A DNA stretch of 64,000 bases from contig OZ025717.1 in NCBI GenBank assembly GCA_964019335.1, positions 62,001-126,000 of the forward strand, given 5' to 3'. The notes below the pieces were generated by a model. It saw only the letters and a program-made list of their open reading frames with translations. It was not told the origin of the DNA and did no database searches. A program made the position numbers and the translations under genes. This stretch comes from Diplonema japonicum. Taxonomy: Eukaryota; Protista; Euglenozoa: Diplonemea. Within the stretch, counting starts at the first letter, position 1; each line of letters begins with the position of its first letter. Below are positions 22,697-33,894 of this stretch, one piece after another.

Positions 22697-24616
22697 TTTC
22701 TTTTTTTTTAATGTTTCCCCCTCCTCTTTTTTTTTTATTTTCGTAGAATGGTGCCGCCCTTTGTGATAATTGTGAAAAGAAGAAGGGAGAGGGGGAAAAA
22801 AGGGAAGATATGGGGAAAGACGTCAGTTTTGGGAGCGCTGTCTCGGCTATCGCTGTGTGGTGTTTCTTTTTTCCCTTCGAAAGAATCTGAACGATTTTTT
22901 TTTTTTTTTTTAAAGGAAGGATGGCGTAGGAGGGGAGAGAGCACTATTCTTTTTTTTTTATATAGTTCTTTGTTTCTTCTTTCTCGGATAAAAAGACCGA
23001 ACTTTTCGAAGAAGGAAGAAAAAAAAAACTTTGAAAACGAACAAAAAAAAAAAACATTTTCGAGTTGCAAACCTGCGTCGCTCCGCTCCGCCCTCTGTGA
23101 GAGCTTTGTAAAGCTTTCTCCTTCTTTCAAATCCTTCAGAAAGTATCCATTTGAAAACAAGAAAAACACGGGGGGGGAATATAATTTTGAACGTGCCACC
23201 CCCCTACATCTCTCTGCTCCTTCCCTCTCAGGTGTGAGATGTTAAAAGGAGTTCAAATTTATTCCTCTTAGAGACTCGTGCCAAAGCGGCCAGTCTCAAA
23301 GGAAAAAGTATCCACTGCAAGATGAGTTAAAGACACACGAAACTGTTTTTCCCCCCCTCCTTTTTTTTTCGCTTTTGAATGTATCAACGTTTAAAAGAGT
23401 TCCCTTTTTGGTTTCTTCCTTTTTTTTTATATTATAAACAAAACACAAAGTAAATAAGAACAACAGCCTCCTGTGTGGGTTGCTACCTATTGCTAATGCT
23501 CTTCGTTTCTGTTGTCACCTTTAAAGCACTGTGGTCGTGTCCACTTCTTGTATTTAGACCCCTGTCGTACTCTGCGCGCGTCGGCGAAGAAAAAAACGGG
23601 GGGGAGGACTTTCTTTGATCATAAAAAAAATTAAAAAAGCCGTATCGATCGTAAGGGAAGATAAGAGAAAATCGAGTTTTCTTTTTTTTTCCTTTCTCCT
23701 ATTATTTCTCCCCCTTCGAATGGTTTTTTATTTCTTTTTTTTTTTCTCTTTTCCTCTCTCTATTGTTTTCCCTTTTCTTAGTTCATCAGGGGGTAGATAA
23801 AAGAAACAATCTTTTTTTGGTAGGGGGGAGAGTTGCCAAACAATAAAAAGTGCGGAAGATACCTTTTAAGTACTCCCCCCTCCCTCGGCATGGGGTCCGA
23901 GGGGGGCATCACGCAAAAAAAAAGGAAATTCACCATGATGAGGGGGAAAATGCTAGCAACAACAACCATAAAGAAAAAAAAAGAAGGAACAAAAAAAAAA
24001 AGAAAGAAAAAAAAACAAAAAACCACGCCTCAATAGAAAGCACCCATTTCCCTTTCAGGTTGAAAATAGGTGGCAGGAGACAGGGCAACACGAACAGAAT
24101 ATAAAAAAAATAATAAGAATTCACACTTTGCTACCAAAAGTGGAATTCTTCTTTTCATCCCCACCCCCGTTGCGTTTTCTTTTTTTTTTTTACTTTATTT
24201 GTTTACCTAAGGTTGAAACCAGTATGGTTTTCCAGATAGGAATCACATCAAGCAGAAAAAAAAAAAAAGAGAAAAAAAAAGGCAGATTCCAGTTTTGCTC
24301 TGAACATAAATAAATATTTCACAAACAAAAAAAAAAAAAACATAAAATTGAGAACAAAACAAGGGAGTGAACGGGTGTAAAGGAGAACAAAAAAAAACCC
24401 CCCCCCTTTCCTTACCCCACTCACGGCATCTGTCGCTCCAAGCGCTCAGAGTTGGCCCTCCTGATGGTTATGGCTTCGGACCGGGAAGACGCTGCTGGAG
24501 AGAGAATAGAAGGAAGTGCTTCTGCAGCATCGGCAAGACAAGAGAGATTGACTCCCTGGTGTACCTCGATCAAATCGTCCTGTGTGTGTAAATCTATAAT
24601 TGTACCCCCCCTTCAT

Positions 24617-26221
24617 TCATACAGGTATAGGCACGTCCACGCCCCTTGTCCGGAGGGACTTCTTGACCTGATCTACTTTCATCCCGCGCATGGCATCTTC
24701 TTCTAGCCTGAACTCATAATCATTCTTCACGGACTGGGCAATCCTCTCTTTATATGTGTCTCGCTGCAATAAAGGCATGGTGCCCAGACTGCACTCTGCG
24801 GGTGTGGTTGCCATCGTCGTGACTGGTGATGTGAGCATAGGTACCTTCATGACCCCAACTGCGACTGCAGCCAGCTTCGTCAGCGCGCCCGATGCAGTGG
24901 GCCGTGTGGTGGAGTCGAACGAGAGCATTGCGGCCACTATGTCCTTCATGACAGGTGTAACCTGTTCCCATTCAGCGCCTTTGAACTCGAACCCCTTCTT
25001 CATCGCCTTCAGTAACTCCGCTGGTGTTTTCCCCTTAAACGGTTCCTGCCCAGAGATCATCACATGCAACACCGTCCCTAGTGAGAAGATGTCTAGCTTG
25101 CACAGTCTGGACGCTGTTGTCGATGTATTCTTCGCCAGCACCTCTGGCGGGCAGTAGTTCAGCGTTCCGCACGGTGTGCACGAGAGTGGTCCTGCATCGT
25201 CCCCTGAGAACTCCTTTGCCAACCCGAAGTCACATAGCTTCACTGTAACTGGCCCCTCGTCCTTTCCGAAGATCAGAATGTTCTCCGGCTTGACATCCCT
25301 GTGCACCACGCGCATCACTGTGTGCAGGTAGTCGAGGGCGTTCAGCAGCTGTGTAGCAATGCTGACTACCTCCTCCTCCGTCATGAAGCCCTTTGCCATC
25401 ATGTAGTCGAAGAGGTCGCCCCCGCCAAGCTCCATCACGATGTACACCTTTGACCTTGTCTGGCACACGCGCTTGAGCTCTACTATGTTGCCGTGCTTGA
25501 TTCCCTCGTGCAGGGAGATCTCCCGCTTGATGAAGTTCCATTCCCGCAGAGAGTACACCTTGTACTTATCGATGACCTTTATTGCGACAGCCTCCTTCGT
25601 CACCTGGTGCTGCGCTGAGTAGACGCACCCGAAGGCACCCTTCTGCACGTACTTGGTCATGCCCTTATCGTAAATGTCGTGAATGTTGCGGACCTCTTTG
25701 TAGAGGAGGTTGATACCTAGTTGGAAGCGGTGGCAGGTACGGATGGAGGCGGAGAGGGTGGGGAGAGAGTGGTACGAAAAGATGTGCTGCAGGAGATTGA
25801 TAGGGAGTTTGAAGAGTAGCGGTGCCGCACAGGGGCGGCAGACGCGGAGGGGGGGCCCACCCGTGTAAAGGATCTGCCGCTTTGCAGAGCACGGGTCGCA
25901 GAAGATTCGCCCGCAGCGTCTACACCAGTGGCGCCGGTTAGTGGTCGTGAACACAGAGGCACACGCCGTGCACTCCGCTATGCTGGAGTCAAGGAACCGC
26001 ATCCCCAAGATCCGTATAGCCTTCGGTTCCTTCACCGTCGGGTTTTTCCCTTTCGTCGCTGCCGTCTCGTACTCACTCAGCGGTACTAAATCCTTCGTTT
26101 CTGCCCCTGCGGTCCTCGCCCTCCTGCGTCCATTATCAGGCACCTGTTGCCCTCGCCGTTTTTCCTTCTCTCCTGCGTCCTTGTCCTTCGCCCCTGCTTC
26201 TTTGCTATTCAACTCGCCCAT
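24617..26221 (-). CDS. FYVE + F-box-like + CAMK-group Ser/Thr kinase; possible extra 3' exon via intron 24580-24622
   Basis: C..C..F...RRHWCRRCGRIFC..C...RVC..C (FYVE); LPINLLQHIFSY (F-box-like); KGAFG, VAIK, HRDVKPEN, DFG and CPPE. MGELNSK matches the myristoylation consensus. Confidence 0.88.
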   Translation of the reverse strand: MGELNSKEAGAKDKDAGEKEKRRGQQVPDNGRRRARTAGAETKDLVPLSEYETAATKGKNPTVKEPKAIRILGMRFLDSSIAECTACASVFTTTNRRHWCRRCGRIFCDPCSAKRQILYTGGPPLRVCRPCAAPLLFKLPINLLQHIFSYHSLPTLSASIRTCHRFQLGINLLYKEVRNIHDIYDKGMTKYVQKGAFGCVYSAQHQVTKEAVAIKVIDKYKVYSLREWNFIKREISLHEGIKHGNIVELKRVCQTRSKVYIVMELGGGDLFDYMMAKGFMTEEEVVSIATQLLNALDYLHTVMRVVHRDVKPENILIFGKDEGPVTVKLCDFGLAKEFSGDDAGPLSCTPCGTLNYCPPEVLAKNTSTTASRLCKLDIFSLGTVLHVMISGQEPFKGKTPAELLKAMKKGFEFKGAEWEQVTPVMKDIVAAMLSFDSTTRPTASGALTKLAAVAVGVMKVPMLTSPVTTMATTPAECSLGTMPLLQRDTYKERIAQSVKNDYEFRLEEDAMRGMKVDQVKKSLRTRGVDVPIPV

Positions 26222-26515
26222 CTCGTCCAACCCTGCAGTGTGTTGTGAACGAGCAAAGAGATAAATAGTAGAATGAAAAGTAAAACACGATTGTTCGAAA
26301 CGCCACTGTTGCCACCCCTGAGCTGTCTCGGGGAGCTGCTGCCACATAAGAGGGGAGGGGAGGGGAGGGGGATTGTTCTTCACATCTGCGCATGAATCAA
26401 AGTGACATGAAGAATAGGTGTGCGAAAGAACCTGCACGGAGTGCGGTCCTATTTTTCGCAACTTACGTTGAGGAAGGGAAGGGTGGGTGTGGGGTGGGTT
26501 TAAAGACCTTTTTGT

Positions 26516-27691
26516 CTAGTGCTTGGCGAGGGCGAAGCCGACCCTGTTGTTTGCCATGTCGAAGGTGGTGTAGTACTTCCTCATGAAGACGTCCCCGAGG
26601 ATGGCGCCGAGGTGCTCTGGGAGGGCGGGCATGCCCATGATGCCGCTGATGCACTGGGTGGGCTGGCCCTCCTGCTGGATCTGGAGGATGTAGTCGGAGG
26701 CGTCGAGGGTGTAGGGCTTTCCATCGATGGTGACGGTCATGACGGGGAGCTTGTTGAAGTCGGGGCAGGCCTCGAAGACGCACTCCAGCCCGTAGTCCTG
26801 GCAGCCGAGCTGCTTGTTCATCTCGACCGCTTTCCCGAGGGGGAAGGCGAGGAGCGAGGTCCCCGAGTCCACGACTGCCTGGAAGTTGCTGTTCACGGTG
26901 GCGTTCCCGAAGGTGAGCTTCTGCGCCGCGATCTGCCAGTAGCCGTCCTTCGTCACGTTCGTGTAGGTGAAGGAGCCGGTGAAGTGGTCCGCGTCCACCC
27001 CGCCCAGGGCCAGCTCGCTCAGCCCCTTCCCGGGGGTCGCCGACAGGTAGAAGCTGAACTGTCCCGCCTCCACCTCCTTCTGCTCCATCAAGGTCTGGAA
27101 GACAGGGGTGATCTTGTTCACGGAGATCTCCTTCCACCCCATTCCGAGGATCCCGTCGAAGCGCCCCACCAGCCACGGCAGACCCGGCTCCTTCGTCGTC
27201 TCCGCGAAGATCTGGTTCTGCGCCTTCAAATAGCCGAAGGTCACGAGGTCCTGGTCGCACACCCCCTCCACCGCCCCGGACCCGTACAGGATCGAGAACT
27301 TCGTCCCGTTCGCCACGTAAGTCGTTGACGCCGTGTGGTCGTACTTCTTGTGCACGCACCCGGTGCAGTTCTTCCCCGGCACCCACAGGTTGCTCGACCC
27401 CGTGTCGTAGATCACCTTGAAGTTCTGCAGCGGCGTCCCGATCGCCACGGGCCCGTAGTACTGCGCGTTCATGTAGTCCGTGATCGGCACCACAGGCACC
27501 GCTGTCGCAGACGGCGCGTACTTCACTCCCAGCTTCAGCTGCTCCCCCGCAAGCACCTTCCCGCTCTGCATCACCTCCGACAGGGGACGACCGCTGCGAC
27601 CGAAGATCCCGATCTCCCTCTCCAGCGGGATCTTGTGCAGGGCGCTGCTCCCCCCGGCAAGGGCAAGCAGAAGCATGCAGACAGTCCTCAT
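26516..27691 (-). CDS. Cathepsin D-like aspartic protease (pepsin family A1)
   Basis: Signal peptide; YMNAQYYG, DTGSSNLW, YGSG, FDGILG, DSGTS and ILGDVFMRKYYTTFD. Confidence 0.96.
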   Translation of the reverse strand: MRTVCMLLLALAGGSSALHKIPLEREIGIFGRSGRPLSEVMQSGKVLAGEQLKLGVKYAPSATAVPVVPITDYMNAQYYGPVAIGTPLQNFKVIYDTGSSNLWVPGKNCTGCVHKKYDHTASTTYVANGTKFSILYGSGAVEGVCDQDLVTFGYLKAQNQIFAETTKEPGLPWLVGRFDGILGMGWKEISVNKITPVFQTLMEQKEVEAGQFSFYLSATPGKGLSELALGGVDADHFTGSFTYTNVTKDGYWQIAAQKLTFGNATVNSNFQAVVDSGTSLLAFPLGKAVEMNKQLGCQDYGLECVFEACPDFNKLPVMTVTIDGKPYTLDASDYILQIQQEGQPTQCISGIMGMPALPEHLGAILGDVFMRKYYTTFDMANNRVGFALAKH

Positions 27692-28551
27692 CTTTTTTGT
27701 TTTTCTTTTCCTCCTCTCTTGTTGGCAATCATTAGGTGACGGGAAAAAAAAGATAAAAAAGGGTAAAAAAGGGAGGAGGGAAATATCTGGAGAAATCAGT
27801 AATAGGGAAAAATGCAAAAGGAAGGGAAGTAAAAAAAAAAAAAGAAAAGAAAGCCCGCATAGGAATGAAAGGAAAGTGTGTAAAATGAGTGCTGCAGGAA
27901 AAGAGGAGGACAGGAGGGGAAACCGGGTTGAGAGAGAAGAAGAAAGGAGTTTTGTGGAGGAGAGGTAGTATAGGTCAACTTTCTTCTTTTTTTTTCATTT
28001 GTTTCTTTCTTTTTTTTAAAGCGGAAAAAGAATTCTTTTTAATTTTTTTTCTTTGAAATAAAACATGGCAGCTAAAATAATTCGGCAAACAAAGAGTTTG
28101 TATATTTTTTTTTCCTTCTTTTTTTTCCTCCCATTTCTTTTTGAAAAAAAAAAACAGCTGATCAAAAAAAAAAAGCGGGAAAAAAAATCCTTTTGAGGTA
28201 GTGAACTTGACCATGTAAATAGCCAAGTTAATAAATGACATCCTTCCCCCCCTTTTTTTTTCTTCCCCTTTTCCTCCCTTTTGTCTTCCCCTACTCTTCT
28301 CTCCCTGCTCGAAGGTGCCTTCTTCTTTTTTTTTTTTCTCGATGTTTCTTTTTTGTTTTATTTTCGTCGCACGCAACATTCGGGAATAGAGAAAGAGGAA
28401 ACAAAAAAAAAAGAGTAAAACAGTGAGAAAGAAAAAAACAAAAAAAAACAAAAAAAACCCCTTTTTATAAAAGAAGGGGGGGGTAAAAAAAAAGGGAGCA
28501 AGCAAACAACAAAGGAAGGAGCAAATCTTTTTTTTTTTTGTTCAGTTTTGT

Positions 28552-28830
28552 TCATGAGCAGACATAGCCAATCTGGTACCCAAAGTAGTCCCACTCCTCT
28601 TGTTCGTTGCTGTGTGTATTTTTTTTTTTCCTCCCCCTCCTCATATTTTATCCCAGCACATACGAATCATCAACTCGCACTTGCTTGTTGCTCAAAACTG
28701 CATTCCCAAGCAAGGCGTGTGCTTCTTCATACTTTAACCTCAGCATCTTGTACTTAAGTTCGGCTTTCTTCTTCTGAATAGACTGCAGGGTGGTGATATC
28801 GTCGTTGCTCAAAGAGTACGTAGCGACCAT
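28552..28830 (-). CDS. 74-aa hypothetical protein, two exons
   Basis: MVATYSL...VRVDDS joined across a GTATGT...CACAG intron (28610-28663) to NEQEEWDYFGYQIGYVCS-stop. Both exons are high-complexity islands. Confidence 0.65.
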
Positions 28831-29468
28831 GGTGTTTTCTTTTTTTTTTTTTTGAAAGCCGGGAACGAGGGGGGGAGGGGGAAAAAAAAGAAGAGGGAGG
28901 AAAAAAGGAGGGGGTAACCTGTGTGATTTGCAAACAGTTGCAAGGAGGAGGGAGGGGGGGACAAAAAATAAGAAAAAAAAAAAAAAAAAAAAAAAAAAAA
29001 ACAACGCTGAGGCGTACGTTCAAGGGAAACAAAGCCGATGGGTCAGATTGCAAGCTCCACGCGAGAGCCGTGAAGAAAAAAAAAAAGGAGTGATAAATAC
29101 CGGTAATCCTCGAGGGGGGGAAAGAAATTGCCAAAAAAAAAAAAAAAAAAAAAAACCCGGATTCCTAGGATTATATTAAAACCCCCAGTAACAGAAAAAA
29201 AAAAGGAAAAAAACTTTTTTTCTTCTTCTTTTCTTTTTCTCTTTTTTTTTTTAAGGAACAATATAATAAGAAATATAAAAACTGAACGAACAAAGGAATG
29301 GAAAATAAAAAATAAAAAATAAAAAAAATAAAAAAAAACAACTCAAAGGAACTGTGCTAAAACCTGTGCTCCTCGTCACCCAGTGGCAGGGTCGCATCGA
29401 CTGTGTTGTGCTGGGTGCTCTTTCAGGAAACAGGGCGGGGAGTGTCTGGAGGTCACTTCGTTGCAAAG

Positions 29469-29500
<32 letters not shown>

Positions 29501-29952
29501 ACATTATGCAATGCAACTCTACTCGGGCAGAAATGAGTGGGTAACTGGGAAAGAACTGGGTTTCTCCCCTCTTCTTTTTTTTTTTTCTTTTTTTCTCTTT
29601 CTTCTTCATTTTTTTTCTTCTTTTTATATTTTTCCGATTCACCACAGAGATGATCGGATCTACTAGTTGAAACAAAAGCGAAGAAACAAGAAGAGAATTC
29701 AAAAAAAAAAACTAGTTTAGCGCTTCATTTGTTTGTGCGCACGAGCGGGATTTTACCTAATAAAATAGCTCATTACGCTGCCGTCAACTAGTTTTTTAGT
29801 CTCGACAATAATATTGTTAAAACAAAAAAAGAAAAATAGAGTTCAAAAAAAGAAAAGCTCAAAGTAAAGGGGGGAAGGGGGAAAAAACAATCCCAGCAGA
29901 GGAATAAGATCACGATGATAAAGAAAGTTGGAAAAAAAAAGTATTTCGCAAC

Positions 29953-29983
<31 letters not shown>

Positions 29984-30309
29984 CTATTCTGTTAACTGAA
30001 TCGTCCAATACTACCTATAGGCGCTCTTGCAACGACCAAAAAAAAAAAAAGGAAAATGTCAAGCCTCACTTACACACAAAAATAGGGTGGTAAATACTTT
30101 TTTTTTTCTCCTGGAGAATCGCTCTCTGTTATTATTTTTTTTTTCTTTTCTTTTTTTTTTTCTTCTTTGTTTTGAATTGGGTATGTTTCGTTCTTTGGGG
30201 GGTAAACAAAAAACGAATATAGAAAGAAGCCACAACTAGCATTCTCTTAAAGCGCAGTACTAAGAGCACCGCTAAAGAATTAAAAAAAAACTCAAAGTGC
30301 AGGACAAAC

Positions 30310-30721
30310 CCCCTCATGGAGGGCCGCCCTTGGGTGGGTTGGGGGGGGGCTATCTATTTATACTCCCCTTCTGGAGCATTGCGTTCCAATCGAGGCCTTG
30401 AGCGTCTTGCGGAGTCGTGTGATGCGGTCTCGCTTGTAAGCGGCTTTCAGTTCCATCAGCTTGTCGTGCGTGGAGTGGGTGGCGAAGATGGGCCTCCTGG
30501 CGAAACCCATAGCCGTCTTCCCACCTATTGCGATGAGGGACTTCACTCTCTTCTGTTCATCCGCTGGGAAGGGGCGTGGCTTCTTCCGTGCCCTGCATGC
30601 CGCGTTCAGCTTTCTTATCAGTGCTTTGATCTTGCGAGCCCTATCTTCCAGCAGACCTCCCAGTAACTTGCCTGTCGTCCATTCGAAGTCGATGGCCAAT
30701 TCCACCGCTGACACTTCAGAG
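30310..30721 (-). mobile_element. Retroelement C-terminal relic with an intact 118-codon frame
   Basis: VSAVELAIDFEWTTG and VKSLIAIGG..GFARRPIF match the motifs at 15484-16270; DNA-level match to 52893-52915. Confidence 0.6.
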
Positions 30722-30749
30722 CTGGTGAAAAAAAAAAAAAAAAACTCAC

Positions 30750-33746
30750 CTACATCTCCTCACTAAACGCCGACACAACTAGCGACGCATCTGGCGTAGT
30801 CATCGAGAAGCCAAGACTCCTGTATTCAGGTTCTGTAGCAGTGGTGGCAGACAGAGGCATGCCACCGTGATCGCCTTGCAGCCTAGCCGCAATGTGAATA
30901 ACACACAGCTTGGGGAGGGAACGGAAAACGGGGACAAGTGTGCCCCATTTGAGCCCGGCTATCCCTGTCAACGGAGACTCAGGGGCTTTTTGTAAAACTG
31001 TTGACTGCTGGCGCTGAATTTCGAGAAGCACCGTAATCAGCATCACATCGTCAAGCAACTTCGAATCAACACACAAACAAAGCAAGGAAGCTACGTAATT
31101 TGCAGGCATCCCTTGGTGCCCGTACGAGATAACATGCTTCCGAACAGTTTGAAGAGAGGAAATCCACTCCCGTTTCAGAGACCCTTCCGCTTCCGTAGCT
31201 ACGGTGGTTGCTGATTTTAACGATGTTCTCCTGTGCAAGCCTCCTCCTGAAGGAGCGCCTTCGTCCTCGTATTCCACGAGCTCCGCATTTCTCAAAGTTG
31301 CGAAATGCCTTTCAAGAAGCTCTTCAGGCAGAACCTGCAAGCATGACAATGGGTTCGCAATACCCTTAAACCTGTACTCCCCCAAGTACCTCACATCCAC
31401 CACGTGCTGTAGATCGTCTAAGTACGGTTCGACAGCTTTGTACATGGGCTCTGTGACGAGGACCTGCCCACCGCATCCCGAGTCGGACACCCTGGCACAT
31501 TCGTTAACGATCCCACCTTCGTAGTCGTAGCCGCCTTGCGGGGTTGGTTTTACTATAGGTGTACCAGTGTGGATGCCCATTCGGACGCGGAGGCCTTTGA
31601 ACCCCGGTTCTACCAAACAAGCTTGGTGTTTCAGGATATCCTCAGGCCACTCTGCCTTCAGCAGCTGCAGCTGCGCGTCGCATGTGAACTCGACTGCGTT
31701 CTGCGGCGACGCGAAGGCGATCATGAAGGAGTCGCCGATGGTCTTCACCTCGTAGCCCTCGTGCTTCGCGATCAGCTCCCTGCACAACCGGTGGTGCATC
31801 TCCAGCGCCACGGCCATGGAGTCAGGAAGCGTTCCCCACAATGCCGACGACTGCAAAATGTCCGTGAACACGATAGTCACCTCACCTCCCTTAGGGGCGA
31901 ACCGTGTGAGGCGTTCCCTCGCGTTCTTCAGATGCATCCAATACAAGTACACAGCAGCCAAGACAAACAAGATAAACCCACCCACCAACGGCAGAATAAC
32001 AGGGATGTAATCAGCAGGTGGAGACGAGACCGGTTCCGGCACGCAAGGGCTGTCCCCAGGGATGGGGTGGTAATACCCGAAGTAGCACGGTGTGCAGGCT
32101 TCCCACGAAGGGACGAATTTCGCATGCAGGCCGCAGTCTTCGGCGACCTTCGCTAGCTTAAGAGGCGGGTTTGATGTGTTAAAGTCAAGAACGACGACTC
32201 CGTGGACGGCGGGTGTGTACGGAGATAGATCCTTTAACCGTTTCGCTAGCAGCGACCATGAGTCGACCCCGTTGGTGTCCGGCACCGTGCCTGGCATGGG
32301 GGTCAGGTCGTACTCGTCACCACCGTCGCAGATGAACTTGTTGGTGACTATCCTGTACTGTCGAAAAGGGTCGATGTCCTCCCAACCTGTTCTGTTCGCG
32401 TCGGGGGTCTGCATGGACGTGATGCGGTTGCCCGCCGGTCTTGACGGGTTGAACACAATCCGTAAGCCTTTCATTTGCATGAACTGTCCAGAGATGGTAG
32501 CATTCGGATCGAAGCCCCCTTCCGCAGTCACCGCCGACACAGAGTGCTCCAAAGCCCGCCACAACCTCGCCGCCGTCATGTTGACATGGCACAGGTTGTT
32601 GGGGTATGGGAAGGCAGCTTCGAGATGCGAGGTTCGGACTTCCCCAGCGTCCCATCCCGTGCGCAGGCTCCCACCGTTACACAGAGCGATGTCCGCATTC
32701 TGAGAGGAGATCATGGCATCGGTGATAAGCGTTCCTAAGTGGCACTCTTCGTGCCTGCAGGAATCGTACTTCGTGTTGTTTGGGTACTTGATGTGGCCAT
32801 GGGGCATCGCCGTGGTGCACAACCCCACTATGCTGTCCTTCGCAGCTGCTTCGTCGACCAGCTTCTGAATGAAGTCCAGGTCTTCCTCGTGACCTGCATC
32901 TATGAAGCTATTGGGCAGCGTAGTCGGCAGGTACTGGCGCACGTCTCGGGCACCGGTCATCTTCCCGGTGTTGTCGAATTCGAGAACAAAGGAATCCATA
33001 CTGTACCTCCCGTTCTTCAGTGGCACGAAACGCATGGTGTTGTTGACGAAGGGCTCAGGCGGCTCTGCGTTGGCAGAGTCGATGTACGCGACGGCATCGA
33101 TACCCGTCTGCTGAAGCTGCAAGAAGTCTTCATCAGACCAGGTTTGCACAGCAACGGCGACTACTGCTGTCACCTTGTGAATGGTACGGAGAAAAGTGTT
33201 CAGGTCCGTGACTTGCGGGTGCAAAGGACGCGTCTCGGCATAAAACTCATCAGGGGATAATGCCAAGACTGCGATACGGACCCCTGGAAGGGGCTCCACG
33301 ATCTTATAGGTAGAAAAGAGGTTGAGAAATATAGGATTACTCGCAACGACATTAGTGAGGAGCAAGGTAAGGTTGCTTTGCTGGATGTAGGCGGCATCCT
33401 CAATGGAGGAGTGCCAGGAGAGGAAGTATGGGGAGCGGATCTGCACCATGTCTGCTGCAGCACGTGTCCACATCATGTCGTTGATGGACAGGCGTGCGGG
33501 GTGGCGCTGGATGAGCCCCGAGATCTGCGTGAAGTCCGCAATTTTGAGGTCAGCATCCACCCCCTCACTCCCGTGTCGGAACACAGCGTTTATGAAGGGG
33601 AACCCTCCCACGCAGTCCGCCTTCGACACGTTTGAACACGGCGACCCCCACTTCGTTGTGAAGGGCTGCAGCGACTGCGTCGTCATCATCGTCACACGCA
33701 CAGACACCGACGCCACGCTTCCCAGCACGGTCAGCACCGCTAGCAT
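30750..33746 (-). CDS. Receptor-type adenylate cyclase with a 5'-nucleotidase-like ectodomain
   Basis: Signal peptide; 5'-nucleotidase C-terminal motifs (ECHLGTLITDAM, ADIALCNGGSLR, FPYPNNL, LEHSV, GQFMQMKGL); one TM helix; class III cyclase motifs (TIVFTDI, YEVKTIGDSFM, RVRMGIHTG, VNECARV). Confidence 0.92.
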   Translation of the reverse strand: MLAVLTVLGSVASVSVRVTMMTTQSLQPFTTKWGSPCSNVSKADCVGGFPFINAVFRHGSEGVDADLKIADFTQISGLIQRHPARLSINDMMWTRAAADMVQIRSPYFLSWHSSIEDAAYIQQSNLTLLLTNVVASNPIFLNLFSTYKIVEPLPGVRIAVLALSPDEFYAETRPLHPQVTDLNTFLRTIHKVTAVVAVAVQTWSDEDFLQLQQTGIDAVAYIDSANAEPPEPFVNNTMRFVPLKNGRYSMDSFVLEFDNTGKMTGARDVRQYLPTTLPNSFIDAGHEEDLDFIQKLVDEAAAKDSIVGLCTTAMPHGHIKYPNNTKYDSCRHEECHLGTLITDAMISSQNADIALCNGGSLRTGWDAGEVRTSHLEAAFPYPNNLCHVNMTAARLWRALEHSVSAVTAEGGFDPNATISGQFMQMKGLRIVFNPSRPAGNRITSMQTPDANRTGWEDIDPFRQYRIVTNKFICDGGDEYDLTPMPGTVPDTNGVDSWSLLAKRLKDLSPYTPAVHGVVVLDFNTSNPPLKLAKVAEDCGLHAKFVPSWEACTPCYFGYYHPIPGDSPCVPEPVSSPPADYIPVILPLVGGFILFVLAAVYLYWMHLKNARERLTRFAPKGGEVTIVFTDILQSSALWGTLPDSMAVALEMHHRLCRELIAKHEGYEVKTIGDSFMIAFASPQNAVEFTCDAQLQLLKAEWPEDILKHQACLVEPGFKGLRVRMGIHTGTPIVKPTPQGGYDYEGGIVNECARVSDSGCGGQVLVTEPMYKAVEPYLDDLQHVVDVRYLGEYRFKGIANPLSCLQVLPEELLERHFATLRNAELVEYEDEGAPSGGGLHRRTSLKSATTVATEAEGSLKREWISSLQTVRKHVISYGHQGMPANYVASLLCLCVDSKLLDDVMLITVLLEIQRQQSTVLQKAPESPLTGIAGLKWGTLVPVFRSLPKLCVIHIAARLQGDHGGMPLSATTATEPEYRSLGFSMTTPDASLVVSAFSEEM

Positions 33747-33894
33747 CTCAAAGGGGCTGACCACTTCCCCCGAACCCTTACCCAACTGTCGGTGTGAGAT
33801 TACTTTAAAACAAGAAGACAACCAAGATAACTTTATACTAATACATCTATGAAACCGAGGGGGGGGGGGAGCAGGGAGGACTCGCAATCCTTTT

